Shown here in pieces: positions 1-8,122 of a DNA stretch of 64,000 bases. The stretch comes from a virus (taxonomy: Duplodnaviria > Caudoviricetes), in the IMG/VR virus record IMGVR_UViG_2881418779_000002, positions 2,227 through 66,226 of that record; one strand, 5' to 3'. A model generated the notes under the pieces. It ran no database searches. It saw nothing but the letters and a program-made list of their open reading frames with translations, and was not told the DNA's origin. The first letter of the stretch is position 1; each line of letters begins with the position of its first letter. Both the position numbers and the translations under genes were made by a program.

Positions 1-450
1 GCCAGCGATCCGCCCCGCCCAGCCAGAACTGAAAGATGCCCAACCCGTCAGCTTACGCATGAAATCCAGGCGCTCAGCATTGAGTCGCATGATCTGGTCG
101 GTCTCGGTCATTGATTTTGCAGCCGCTACGGTAATCGGCCCCCAATGTCCATCATCGGCAACGTTAAGAGCGCGTTGAAGATAGCGAATCGCCGTCTCTA
201 TGCCGCTATTCACAGCGAAGTCTAGGCACTGATATGCCACTCCGCCGAACAACTCGTCAGCGTGCACGCGACTCCAGAAGTCGCGTCGGTAAATGTCAAT
301 CGCTTGTGTCCTGGTCAAATTTTTGATGTCAACGTTCGGATAGCTGCGTTTGCTAATACCCCATTTCGTTTCACGACCCGGATCCGCAGGATTATTCACA
401 TAGCCATCCTCATGGCTAAGCACGCGCTCGATCGCCTGATCAAAATTCAT
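1..450 (-). CDS. Endolysin, glycoside hydrolase family 108 type (C-terminus runs off the window)
   Basis: Not in the ORF track. Manual translation from ATG at 450 gives MNFDQAIERVLSHEDGYVNNPADPGRETKWGISKRSYPNVDIKNLT...LQRALNVADDGHWGPIT, a GH108 N-terminus plus peptidoglycan-binding motif. ATGA overlap with the upstream gene. Confidence 0.9.
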   Translation of the reverse strand, partial: MNFDQAIERVLSHEDGYVNNPADPGRETKWGISKRSYPNVDIKNLTRTQAIDIYRRDFWSRVHADELFGGVAYQCLDFAVNSGIETAIRYLQRALNVADDGHWGPITVAAAKSMTETDQIMRLNAERLDFMRKLTGWASFSSGWAGRIAG

Positions 451-740
451 GATTGCCCTTTATCTTGTTTTCCATCCAACTTGTACTCAATGCGGTCTAA
501 TTTCTTATCCATAGACTGACTAAATGATTCGAGGGATTTGGCGATCCCCTCAACTGCTTTGCTCAGCACATTTTGTGTCACGTAACTCTCCGCAACATGC
601 AATTTGTATTCATCCAACGCCCTCTGTGTAGCTTCGTTTTTTGCTTTTTGATCCCGGTAAGAAAACCAGATAACCGTACTAAAAGCCGATAACAGGCCTT
701 CTATGGAAAACATTAGTAACCGCTGAAATTCAGCATCCAT
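447..740 (-). CDS. Putative holin or lysis-associated membrane protein
   Basis: One N-terminal hydrophobic segment, a coiled-coil and a charged C-terminus; directly upstream of the endolysin. Confidence 0.55.
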   Translation of the reverse strand: MDAEFQRLLMFSIEGLLSAFSTVIWFSYRDQKAKNEATQRALDEYKLHVAESYVTQNVLSKAVEGIAKSLESFSQSMDKKLDRIEYKLDGKQDKGQS

Positions 741-758
741 TTATTTGCCCCGGAAATG

Positions 759-779
759 AAAAAGCCACCGAAAGGTGGC
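759..779 (-). terminator. Intrinsic terminator between tail and lysis genes
   Basis: Minus strand GCCACC-TTTC-GGTGGC followed by a T run. Confidence 0.7.
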
Positions 780-790
780 GTAGTAGCTCT

Positions 791-855
791 TTACTTCTGT
801 TGTGCCGATTACTTCTGTTGTGCCGATTATTTCTGTTGTGCCGATTATTTCTGTT
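791..855. repeat. 18-bp tandem repeat, about 3.6 copies
   Basis: TTA(C/T)TTCTGTTGTGCCGA at 791, 809 and 827, partial copy at 845. Confidence 0.95.
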
Positions 856-906
856 ATCCCATTCCACGATGCAAAAAAGAACGAATGTGGCTATATCCCA
901 CACCCT

Positions 907-1638
907 TTACGGTGCAATACCCGCTGTGTAATGCGTCAACACGCGCGCTGCTGACAATGCCGTATCGTAAATGGCTACTTCGTCCAACGAACCAATCATT
1001 GCGCTAGTGTCATACCCCGGTGCATACGAACAGCCTACCGAAACCGGGTCCGTTGAAGAAAAAGGGGGGCCCGTAAAAGAACCCGTGGCATTAGGAGCGC
1101 CGTCAACATATGCCGTTACAAGACTCCCATTTTTTGTATAAACAATATGATGTATAGCGTTATCGTTAATCGCACTAGTCGCAATAAGTGCCGCTATTGA
1201 CCCGCCGTTGCTTGTACGAAGTTCCAACTTAATGCAGCCAGAAGAGTTGAGGCCAAGCTGCCACGAGGGATAATTCACCCCTCCCTGCTCCATAGATAAA
1301 ACGTTACCTGTCGTCGCACCTGTCTTTATCCAAAATTCCAAACTAAAGTCACCAGGTAACCGTAACGCCGCATCATTCGGCGCAGTTGCGACTGTTGCCG
1401 TGCCGGTAGTGCTTGTTTTGATAGATTTTCCCGCTGTAATAAGCGGTGGATTGCCGAGCGCGACAAGACCGCCGTATAACCCATTCCTGCCGTGTCCGCT
1501 TGAATCTGTCATTGCAGTACCAGACAATTCATCAAGTTTCCAATACGCGATCGGAAGGTCTGAAAGAACCTCGACCGCATAGGCATTGGTCGCAGCTGAT
1601 ACATGCGGTGATAACAGCACGGGGCCGCAAGCAAACAT
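907..1638 (-). CDS. LamG / concanavalin A-like lectin protein, putative receptor-binding tail component
   Basis: Motifs AYWKLDE, FSLEFWIK, HHIVYT..G..TAYVDG and GSLDEVAIYDTALSAA; last gene of the tail operon. Confidence 0.8.
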   Translation of the reverse strand: MFACGPVLLSPHVSAATNAYAVEVLSDLPIAYWKLDELSGTAMTDSSGHGRNGLYGGLVALGNPPLITAGKSIKTSTTGTATVATAPNDAALRLPGDFSLEFWIKTGATTGNVLSMEQGGVNYPSWQLGLNSSGCIKLELRTSNGGSIAALIATSAINDNAIHHIVYTKNGSLVTAYVDGAPNATGSFTGPPFSSTDPVSVGCSYAPGYDTSAMIGSLDEVAIYDTALSAARVLTHYTAGIAP

Positions 1639-2666
1639 TATGCGTACCCCTTCGACAGGTTGCAGGCCAGCGTGCCATCGGTACTATCGTAATAGCAGCT
1701 CATCAGGTCGACCGCATTGGCAGCAGTGGACAATATGGGCGGCGTGCCGCCGGGAAATTTAAAAGCGCTTCCATAGGCAAGCGTGCGATTGCCGGTAGCG
1801 TCCTGCTTGATACGGACGTTCAATACCATGCCGTCGGTCAAATTGGTAGGATTGGCGAGTGTCGCGTTTGCACCCAATACCAGTTTAAAGTTATTGGACA
1901 AGGATGCATCGACCGCAATTGAGGATCCAGAGGTGAGCAATGAAGGATCGACGCTCTGATTCCGCGTAAAGACATTGACTGCGCCAATCGTCGCGCCGGA
2001 GCCGCCACCGGGTGCTACTGCCCATGCAGGAACGCCTCCCACAATTGTCAACACTTGCCCGGTTGTACCAGCAGGTAGTCGCTCCGCCACCCCAGACGCG
2101 CCGCCGGATATCAAATCTCCAGCAGCAGTCATCGGGTTCGTCATCCAGGGCGCTGCGGACCATACGGGCAAGCCGCCCGCAAGCATCAATACCGTACCAT
2201 CCGTATCTTTTGCTAATCGTGTGGCAGCACCAGCTGCGCCACCATAAATAATGTCGCCCGATGCGCTCATTGGGTTAGCAAATCCAACGCCCGTTAAACT
2301 CTGTCCAAGCACGCGATTATCTGTGTAACTTGAAATGGTTGATATGCCGGCAACGACGATATACATCTGCCAATACCCCGCGGTAAATCCGACAGTATTA
2401 CTCGTCACCGCTCCGCTGCTCGGATTCGCCTGGATATAGCTGGTCGCATTTGCAGGGAGTGTTAGCGTGCCATTCGCAATCTGTGTCGTGGTACTACCTA
2501 GCATGATGGTACCGCCGTAATAACCCCACGACAGTCCGGAGGTGGTGGATTCCCGTCGCCCGTAAAGCGTTGCCGGACTGGCCGCGTCGAGCAATGCGTT
2601 GATCGTGATTTCTTTCGAGGACTGCGATTGGCTCAGTTGATCAATATTACTGCTGCTATTTGCCAA
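1638..2666 (-). CDS. Tail fibre protein
   Basis: Probable TTG start at 2666 with an AGGAG RBS. Gly/Ala-rich, two internal NPM(S/T)A(S/A)GD(I/L)I..GG repeats, and a C-terminal fibre-type domain (LANPTN...IKQDATGNRTL). Confidence 0.75.
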   Translation of the reverse strand: MANSSSNIDQLSQSQSSKEITINALLDAASPATLYGRRESTTSGLSWGYYGGTIMLGSTTTQIANGTLTLPANATSYIQANPSSGAVTSNTVGFTAGYWQMYIVVAGISTISSYTDNRVLGQSLTGVGFANPMSASGDIIYGGAAGAATRLAKDTDGTVLMLAGGLPVWSAAPWMTNPMTAAGDLISGGASGVAERLPAGTTGQVLTIVGGVPAWAVAPGGGSGATIGAVNVFTRNQSVDPSLLTSGSSIAVDASLSNNFKLVLGANATLANPTNLTDGMVLNVRIKQDATGNRTLAYGSAFKFPGGTPPILSTAANAVDLMSCYYDSTDGTLACNLSKGYA

Positions 2667-2725
2667 AGTAGGCTCCTGTAAACGCAAAAAACGCCCCGAA
2701 GGACGTTTAAGCTAGTCGAATATAT

Positions 2726-5518
2726 TTAACGCGTAATGCGGGTGATCAACGGGTATCCGCGTCCGGTTGTAGCGGATAACTGATAAATTTTTACATACAG
2801 CGTGACCTGATTACTGCCGAAGTCAGCAACCTGGTTGGCGCTGGAATACACGACGGTTGGCGCAGTTGCTGCCAGTGTACGCTTCACCGTCAGGTAAGTC
2901 CCATCCGTAAAAACATCGATCGAATACGCTTCACTCACCTCGCTTAACGGCGCATCCACCAGGTCACGCAACTCGCCGCCCTTGCGTGTGCGACGAATCC
3001 AGGTCAACGTCCAATCACGTGTCGTCGGATGACGATTTCCATTCAAGTATACGGGCGACAGACATTTCAAATTAACGCCTTGGTAGGTCATCGTACGATC
3101 ACTGTCCGAGTCCAACGTCTTCCCGGTCGTGATACCCCGATAACTACGGGCCATACCAATCACGTTAAGATTGCTGGCGATAAATTGCAAATTGGCGGTA
3201 TTAAGTAAAACCAAGTGGTCGTTCGCTGCATGCAAGCCTGTTGCCCACTCGCTACCAAAGCGTCCCCGAAGCAAATCGGTCAGGATGTAAGAACCGTCCG
3301 CCTGCAACACACAGTTTTGGGCTGCGATAATTTCCCACCTGCCATCCATCCCGCAGGCAAAATGATTCGCGCCATTCAGCATTTGTAGCTCAGTGACACT
3401 CGACAAGGGTTGATTAACAGTCACCGACAATACCGAGGCCTTGTCAATCGACAAACCGGAATGCGCACTAAGGCTATTGAAGACGTAACCCATTAATGAC
3501 CCCGGCCTGGAAAACCCTTGTATCTGGTTCCAGACCTGCCCATCATCATCCGAGCGCATCAAGATGCCGCCAGGCCATCCCGCCAGATAACCCGACATTG
3601 CCACTGGGAATCCCGCCGTGTCAAATACGTCATTCATCAATGGCGTATCCAATAACTCGTATTGCGTAGGACCGGGGATCGTCAGTGTCTGCTCGGGTGC
3701 TGTGCCCGTTCCGCCCACTGCCGACGAGGTGTACACCGCCGCGCTGTTGTATTTGGCCTGGCACTCCAATCGACCGTCGGGCGTGCAATTGATTTGCGTC
3801 AGACGTAACTCATAGGCTGCATCCGGTGCAGTGATGGTAGTGACGTCGGACGGCTCCAAGTAATTGTATTCAGGCGGCAAATGGAATGAAACATCATCCC
3901 GCTCTAACCAATACAGGTATAACAGGATTTCAGCCTTTTGCGCGGCCTCATCTGCGCTGAGCACCATGGCTAAATCGACCGCGCTAACGTTGATCGATTG
4001 CGTATTGAGCCGCTCGGCATACTGCTCATTAATATTGTATTCGCGGTCACTATCCAGATATTTCACAGCCACTTTGCTTGGCAGCACTGAATCCATTTCC
4101 CGCGCATTCGTTATCTGGACACCGGGCTGGCTACTCGCAGATCGCGCATCCAACTTGGCCGCTGGAATCGTGACGACCGATGACCCGCCCCGTGGTTTAA
4201 AGACAATTTTGTAACCAGATTGAATCACGTCGAACGGCCACGCCCCAATCAAGGGATCGAAGCCACTACGAATTGCCGCAACGGAGCTGATCGCATACCC
4301 GCGTACCATGCTTGTAAGTGCAGTCACATCTATGTCGGATGCTGTGAGCAACTTGCTTTGCAGGCATTCTGAGCTGACGACCGTCGAGAGCGGCACGCTA
4401 TACATCTCGATGATCGACGTGGCGGCCATCGTGATCTTGAAGATGAGTCCGGCCGGATTGCCCAGCGACGATGGCGGCAGGCTACTTTCCCAGATATTTG
4501 TGCATCGGAACGACAGCGTATTGACGCCGGAAATAACATATCGTGATAAGTCAAATGTCGCTACAGATGCCCAATCCGATGCGCTCCCCACCAAATTACC
4601 GTTAAAGTAGATATCAACCGTGTTATCACAGGCAACCTCAAGAGATACCGCTGCCCCTACTGGTGTAAATTGCTTGGTAAACGTCAAGTGCTTATCTGCG
4701 GTGCCATTGGTTTGTGCTGCCACATCCCAGATCCATGAGGCACCATAGATAGATGCCCATGTTGGTATCGTGTTTGCCAAGACGGTTACCCCGCTACTCG
4801 ACACAACACTGGTATCAGAGACAATCACTGTCGACGCAACGTCGCTCATCGTTGCAGATGATGCCAACTCTACCTTGACCTGCGCACCGATTAAACTATT
4901 TTGATAATCCTTTAACGGGAGATCATAAAACACGATATACGCCAAGCCGCGGTAGGCCGGTGTGTTCGCCACGCCGAGCGCGGCCTGCATGCGCGGATCT
5001 GGCAACTGCGTATCGTCGCCGTAGTAGATCTTGAAATTACCAGCCGCCTCCGCGCTGGCAATCATGGCGTGAATGTCGCTGGATCCGATATCGTAGATCA
5101 GATTCGCGCCTAGCCAGATACGCCGCACGCCGGCAATCGGACCATCCATCCGGCAGTCGGCCAGTCCCACCGCAAATGTCGCGCTATAGGTAAAGGTGGT
5201 GGTCTCCGAACCGCCGCCGCCCTTGCCTTGTTTTTGGGTATTTTCCGTTTCCTTAAGTTGGTTGTTTTCTAGCCAGAATACGTTACCGGTAACGGGAAAA
5301 GTACCTTTAATGCGGGGAATCGTGGCGCCATAAGTGCTGGTCTGCGTGGTCAGATCGGTTAACTTTGGGCCATAGATGTGCGGTCCTTTGGGTGGATCGA
5401 CCATGCCCCCGACGCCCATGCCGAGCTGCGCACCAACAAGCGCCCCTTGTGGGCCGCCACCTGCGAAGAACCCAACGACCGCACCAGCAATGCCGCCAAC
5501 TACCTGACCGACGCTCAT
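2726..5518 (-). CDS. Tail tip / central hub protein (GTA-like host-specificity protein)
   Basis: 931 codons from ATG 5518. Motifs TSTYGATIPRIKG and PAYRGLAYIVF; follows the NlpC/P60 gene, as in GTA-like tail modules. Confidence 0.85.
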   Translation of the reverse strand: MSVGQVVGGIAGAVVGFFAGGGPQGALVGAQLGMGVGGMVDPPKGPHIYGPKLTDLTTQTSTYGATIPRIKGTFPVTGNVFWLENNQLKETENTQKQGKGGGGSETTTFTYSATFAVGLADCRMDGPIAGVRRIWLGANLIYDIGSSDIHAMIASAEAAGNFKIYYGDDTQLPDPRMQAALGVANTPAYRGLAYIVFYDLPLKDYQNSLIGAQVKVELASSATMSDVASTVIVSDTSVVSSSGVTVLANTIPTWASIYGASWIWDVAAQTNGTADKHLTFTKQFTPVGAAVSLEVACDNTVDIYFNGNLVGSASDWASVATFDLSRYVISGVNTLSFRCTNIWESSLPPSSLGNPAGLIFKITMAATSIIEMYSVPLSTVVSSECLQSKLLTASDIDVTALTSMVRGYAISSVAAIRSGFDPLIGAWPFDVIQSGYKIVFKPRGGSSVVTIPAAKLDARSASSQPGVQITNAREMDSVLPSKVAVKYLDSDREYNINEQYAERLNTQSINVSAVDLAMVLSADEAAQKAEILLYLYWLERDDVSFHLPPEYNYLEPSDVTTITAPDAAYELRLTQINCTPDGRLECQAKYNSAAVYTSSAVGGTGTAPEQTLTIPGPTQYELLDTPLMNDVFDTAGFPVAMSGYLAGWPGGILMRSDDDGQVWNQIQGFSRPGSLMGYVFNSLSAHSGLSIDKASVLSVTVNQPLSSVTELQMLNGANHFACGMDGRWEIIAAQNCVLQADGSYILTDLLRGRFGSEWATGLHAANDHLVLLNTANLQFIASNLNVIGMARSYRGITTGKTLDSDSDRTMTYQGVNLKCLSPVYLNGNRHPTTRDWTLTWIRRTRKGGELRDLVDAPLSEVSEAYSIDVFTDGTYLTVKRTLAATAPTVVYSSANQVADFGSNQVTLYVKIYQLSATTGRGYPLITRITR

Positions 5519-5922
5519 GCGAGTCCTTTGAAACGATACACAGCAACGATCCTTGCGGCCCACATCGATGACAGACGATGCTCGCAGACCTTGCCGACAT
5601 TCAGATAACTATGGATCATCGTATCGCCCGCGCAGATCGCCAGGTGTTGCGGCTCACTGGCGAAGCGCATCAGCAGGATGTCACCGGCTTGGCGATCGAT
5701 CACGCGTTCGATGCCTTCATTACCATCAAGCGTGGCTTGCAATAGACCCTGGTGCGGAGAACGGCCATACGCTGGCACGTCGGTATAGGGTGCGCCGATA
5801 GAGCGTGCCACGTGCACGACCAGCCCTGCGCAATCCAATGCCAGACCAGCGATGCGCCCCTGATGTTGGAAAGGTGTGTCGAGTGCAGCGCGCGCTGCGG
5901 CGACGATGTCGTCGGCGGTCAT
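5515..5922 (-). CDS. NlpC/P60 tail-associated peptidase
   Basis: TPFQHQGR...LDCAGLV and HLAI motifs. Confidence 0.9.
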   Translation of the reverse strand: MTADDIVAAARAALDTPFQHQGRIAGLALDCAGLVVHVARSIGAPYTDVPAYGRSPHQGLLQATLDGNEGIERVIDRQAGDILLMRFASEPQHLAICAGDTMIHSYLNVGKVCEHRLSSMWAARIVAVYRFKGLA

Positions 5923-6755
5923 CCTGCTTGTCCAATCTGTGCATATTGTGAGCCGGTCGGAATATTCGCAAAGCCACCGTGATTGATGATGTTGTGCCAC
6001 TTATCACTACAATCGGCGCTACGTTTGCGACAACCGGGAATCATGGTGTACGTGTCACCCACAGCAGGCGTGTAATAGAACGCCTCATACGTCACGATCG
6101 CGCCGCCGGCATTGAATGACTTAATTTCCTGCCGCTTTAAGCCAGCGTTCTTTCCGCTCGTGAACTGAATCGTGCCAGCGCCGAAATAATCAATCGCTTC
6201 GCTGCGCCCAGCGTCGCCGAATTGCGTGTTGCTGGTGACGGACGTAATAGTGCCGGTCACGGTTAGTGGGCCTAGATCGATTTTGCAACCGGCGTATTCC
6301 TGCCCGCCAAACGTTTTTTGGCATGTCACTGTGTAGGTCCTCCCGACCGATTGATTTAGCGCATCGATGAGCGCCATTTCCTGAATCTGGTACTTATCAT
6401 CGGTCAAAGTCGTTTTGCCAAAAATCGACGCGACTATCGGCTCATAGTCCTCGATCGGGTTATCCCAATTTGTCGCGAACAAGTAGCAACGGGCGTTATC
6501 AAAGACGCCGGACGCAATCGCGGCTTTGCTGATGCCAGCGATACCTGCAATGCCCTGCACATCAATCATCGCTGGCGATGTGCCAGAAGCGGCGGTATAG
6601 CCGGTGAACTCATAGCCGGAATTGGTCAAATACACCGCGCCGTTACTCATTATGAGATTGCGCGGGTAATGTGTCAGGCATACGGCAGCTCCGACTACTG
6701 GCACGATGCGCAGGCATAACGTGCGGGTGGCGTAATTCGCTACTTGAGACTTCAT
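5919..6755 (-). CDS. DUF2163-type baseplate hub protein
   Basis: C-terminal PGCRK...C..KWHNIINHGGF motif and gene order. Confidence 0.85.
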   Translation of the reverse strand: MKSQVANYATRTLCLRIVPVVGAAVCLTHYPRNLIMSNGAVYLTNSGYEFTGYTAASGTSPAMIDVQGIAGIAGISKAAIASGVFDNARCYLFATNWDNPIEDYEPIVASIFGKTTLTDDKYQIQEMALIDALNQSVGRTYTVTCQKTFGGQEYAGCKIDLGPLTVTGTITSVTSNTQFGDAGRSEAIDYFGAGTIQFTSGKNAGLKRQEIKSFNAGGAIVTYEAFYYTPAVGDTYTMIPGCRKRSADCSDKWHNIINHGGFANIPTGSQYAQIGQAG

Positions 6756-7618
6756 AAGGCGAGGAGTTCCATAATATCGATGGTCGATGTGTCACGAATA
6801 TTCGGTGCCAGGTAATTGACATCGATGCGACTATTGAAGCGACATGGAATATCAAACTGACAACCGGCCGTGACAGGCTCCCCAATTTGCGGGCGGCTAT
6901 TGACCGCACCACCGCTTGCGTAAGCACCGAACAGGGTTGAATCGATCTGGACCGTAATTGTCGTGCTAGACACGCCCGTAACGAGACCCCGTAAAGTATT
7001 GATCTGCGACATCCCGACCACGTTACTAAAGTATGCCGAATCACCTACGACAAAGGCGTGCGCTCCAATGGTCGCGATGGCGGATGCCGCCTGAGTAATA
7101 CCAGTAATATTGGCCGTCTTGTTAGCAGCGAAGGTCACCAATCCAGTCGTTGTATCCGCAGTCCAGCCGCTGCCCAGCGCAACTCCACTAATACCGACCA
7201 CAACCGTGCCAGTAACCGGTTTAAAGATGGTCCTTACTGGCAAGCCGATCGGCAATGGCGTGCTGCCGCTGCCATATTGCTTCTGCAACTGGTAGACACC
7301 AGCTGACACCAAGGCTAAAGGTTGATCAGTCGCAGTAGGCGTACCGGTATTGCCGTTGGTCGAGAAATCATCAATGGTGCTTACTCTGAACCCGGAAAAC
7401 ATACCGTAAGAGCGGTGATATAAACCCAATACGCGGGTCCATAGATCCGCTTGCTCCAAGCGATAAGTGACACTGAAATGACGGGCTGGAAACGGATGCA
7501 CGATGCGTCGGTATTCCTGCCCACTGCTGGTTTGCGTGATCTCGACGTTGTACTCGTCAGCATAGAGCGCACCAATCAACGCATCGCCAGGCAGTCGCTC
7601 TTCCAGAAATGCATTCAT
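6752..7618 (-). CDS. DUF2460-type distal tail protein with an inserted domain
   Basis: FLEERLP...TSSGQEYR N-terminus and C-terminal AGCQFDIPCRF motif. Confidence 0.8.
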   Translation of the reverse strand: MNAFLEERLPGDALIGALYADEYNVEITQTSSGQEYRRIVHPFPARHFSVTYRLEQADLWTRVLGLYHRSYGMFSGFRVSTIDDFSTNGNTGTPTATDQPLALVSAGVYQLQKQYGSGSTPLPIGLPVRTIFKPVTGTVVVGISGVALGSGWTADTTTGLVTFAANKTANITGITQAASAIATIGAHAFVVGDSAYFSNVVGMSQINTLRGLVTGVSSTTITVQIDSTLFGAYASGGAVNSRPQIGEPVTAGCQFDIPCRFNSRIDVNYLAPNIRDTSTIDIMELLAL

Positions 7619-8115
7619 TAAGCAGCACTCCCAGAATTGAAAAACTCTCCGTGAGCGGCGCTAGCAAAGTTCGTGTAGGCGGCGGAAGCAGATTCGGCTG
7701 TTTCAAAATATCCTAGCCAGCAAACCTTGCCCAAGGCACGACAGCGTGCATAAAATTTCCCTTTTTCACGGCTCCAACTAACGCCTTTGTATCCGCTAGT
7801 GTTGCATGGCTTCATACCTGAATTATTGGCATTTTGAGACATTGTGCAGAGACGCAAGTTGCAAATACGATTGTCGGCTCGATCCCCATTTTTGTGATCA
7901 ATCATCACAACAGGAAACTCTCCGGTGATATAGAGCCACGCAAGCCTATGAGCGTAATAACGGACTCCCGCTATGATGATCGTCACGTACCCCTTTTTGT
8001 TAACGCTCCCAGCAACCAAATCTTTGCGACACCCGCGATGCTTTTTTAGCCACGAGAACACTCCTGTCGCCTCATTGTAAGTAAGGAGGCTTCTTATTTC
8101 TGCTTGAGTAATCAT
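7618..8115 (-). CDS. HNH endonuclease with AP2-like domain (homing type)
   Basis: From ATG 8115: YYAHRLAWLYITG...IDHKNGDRADNRICNLR and SGYKGVSW...LGYFETAESA. Confidence 0.9.
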   Translation of the reverse strand: MITQAEIRSLLTYNEATGVFSWLKKHRGCRKDLVAGSVNKKGYVTIIIAGVRYYAHRLAWLYITGEFPVVMIDHKNGDRADNRICNLRLCTMSQNANNSGMKPCNTSGYKGVSWSREKGKFYARCRALGKVCWLGYFETAESASAAYTNFASAAHGEFFNSGSAA

Positions 8116-8122
8116 TTGAACC

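Noticed and set aside
791-855. Tandem repeat as a CRISPR array or DGR template repeat
   Set aside because: Units are contiguous with no spacers. Although AAC/AAT-rich on the minus strand, it does not align with the DUF1566-like or LamG C-termini.
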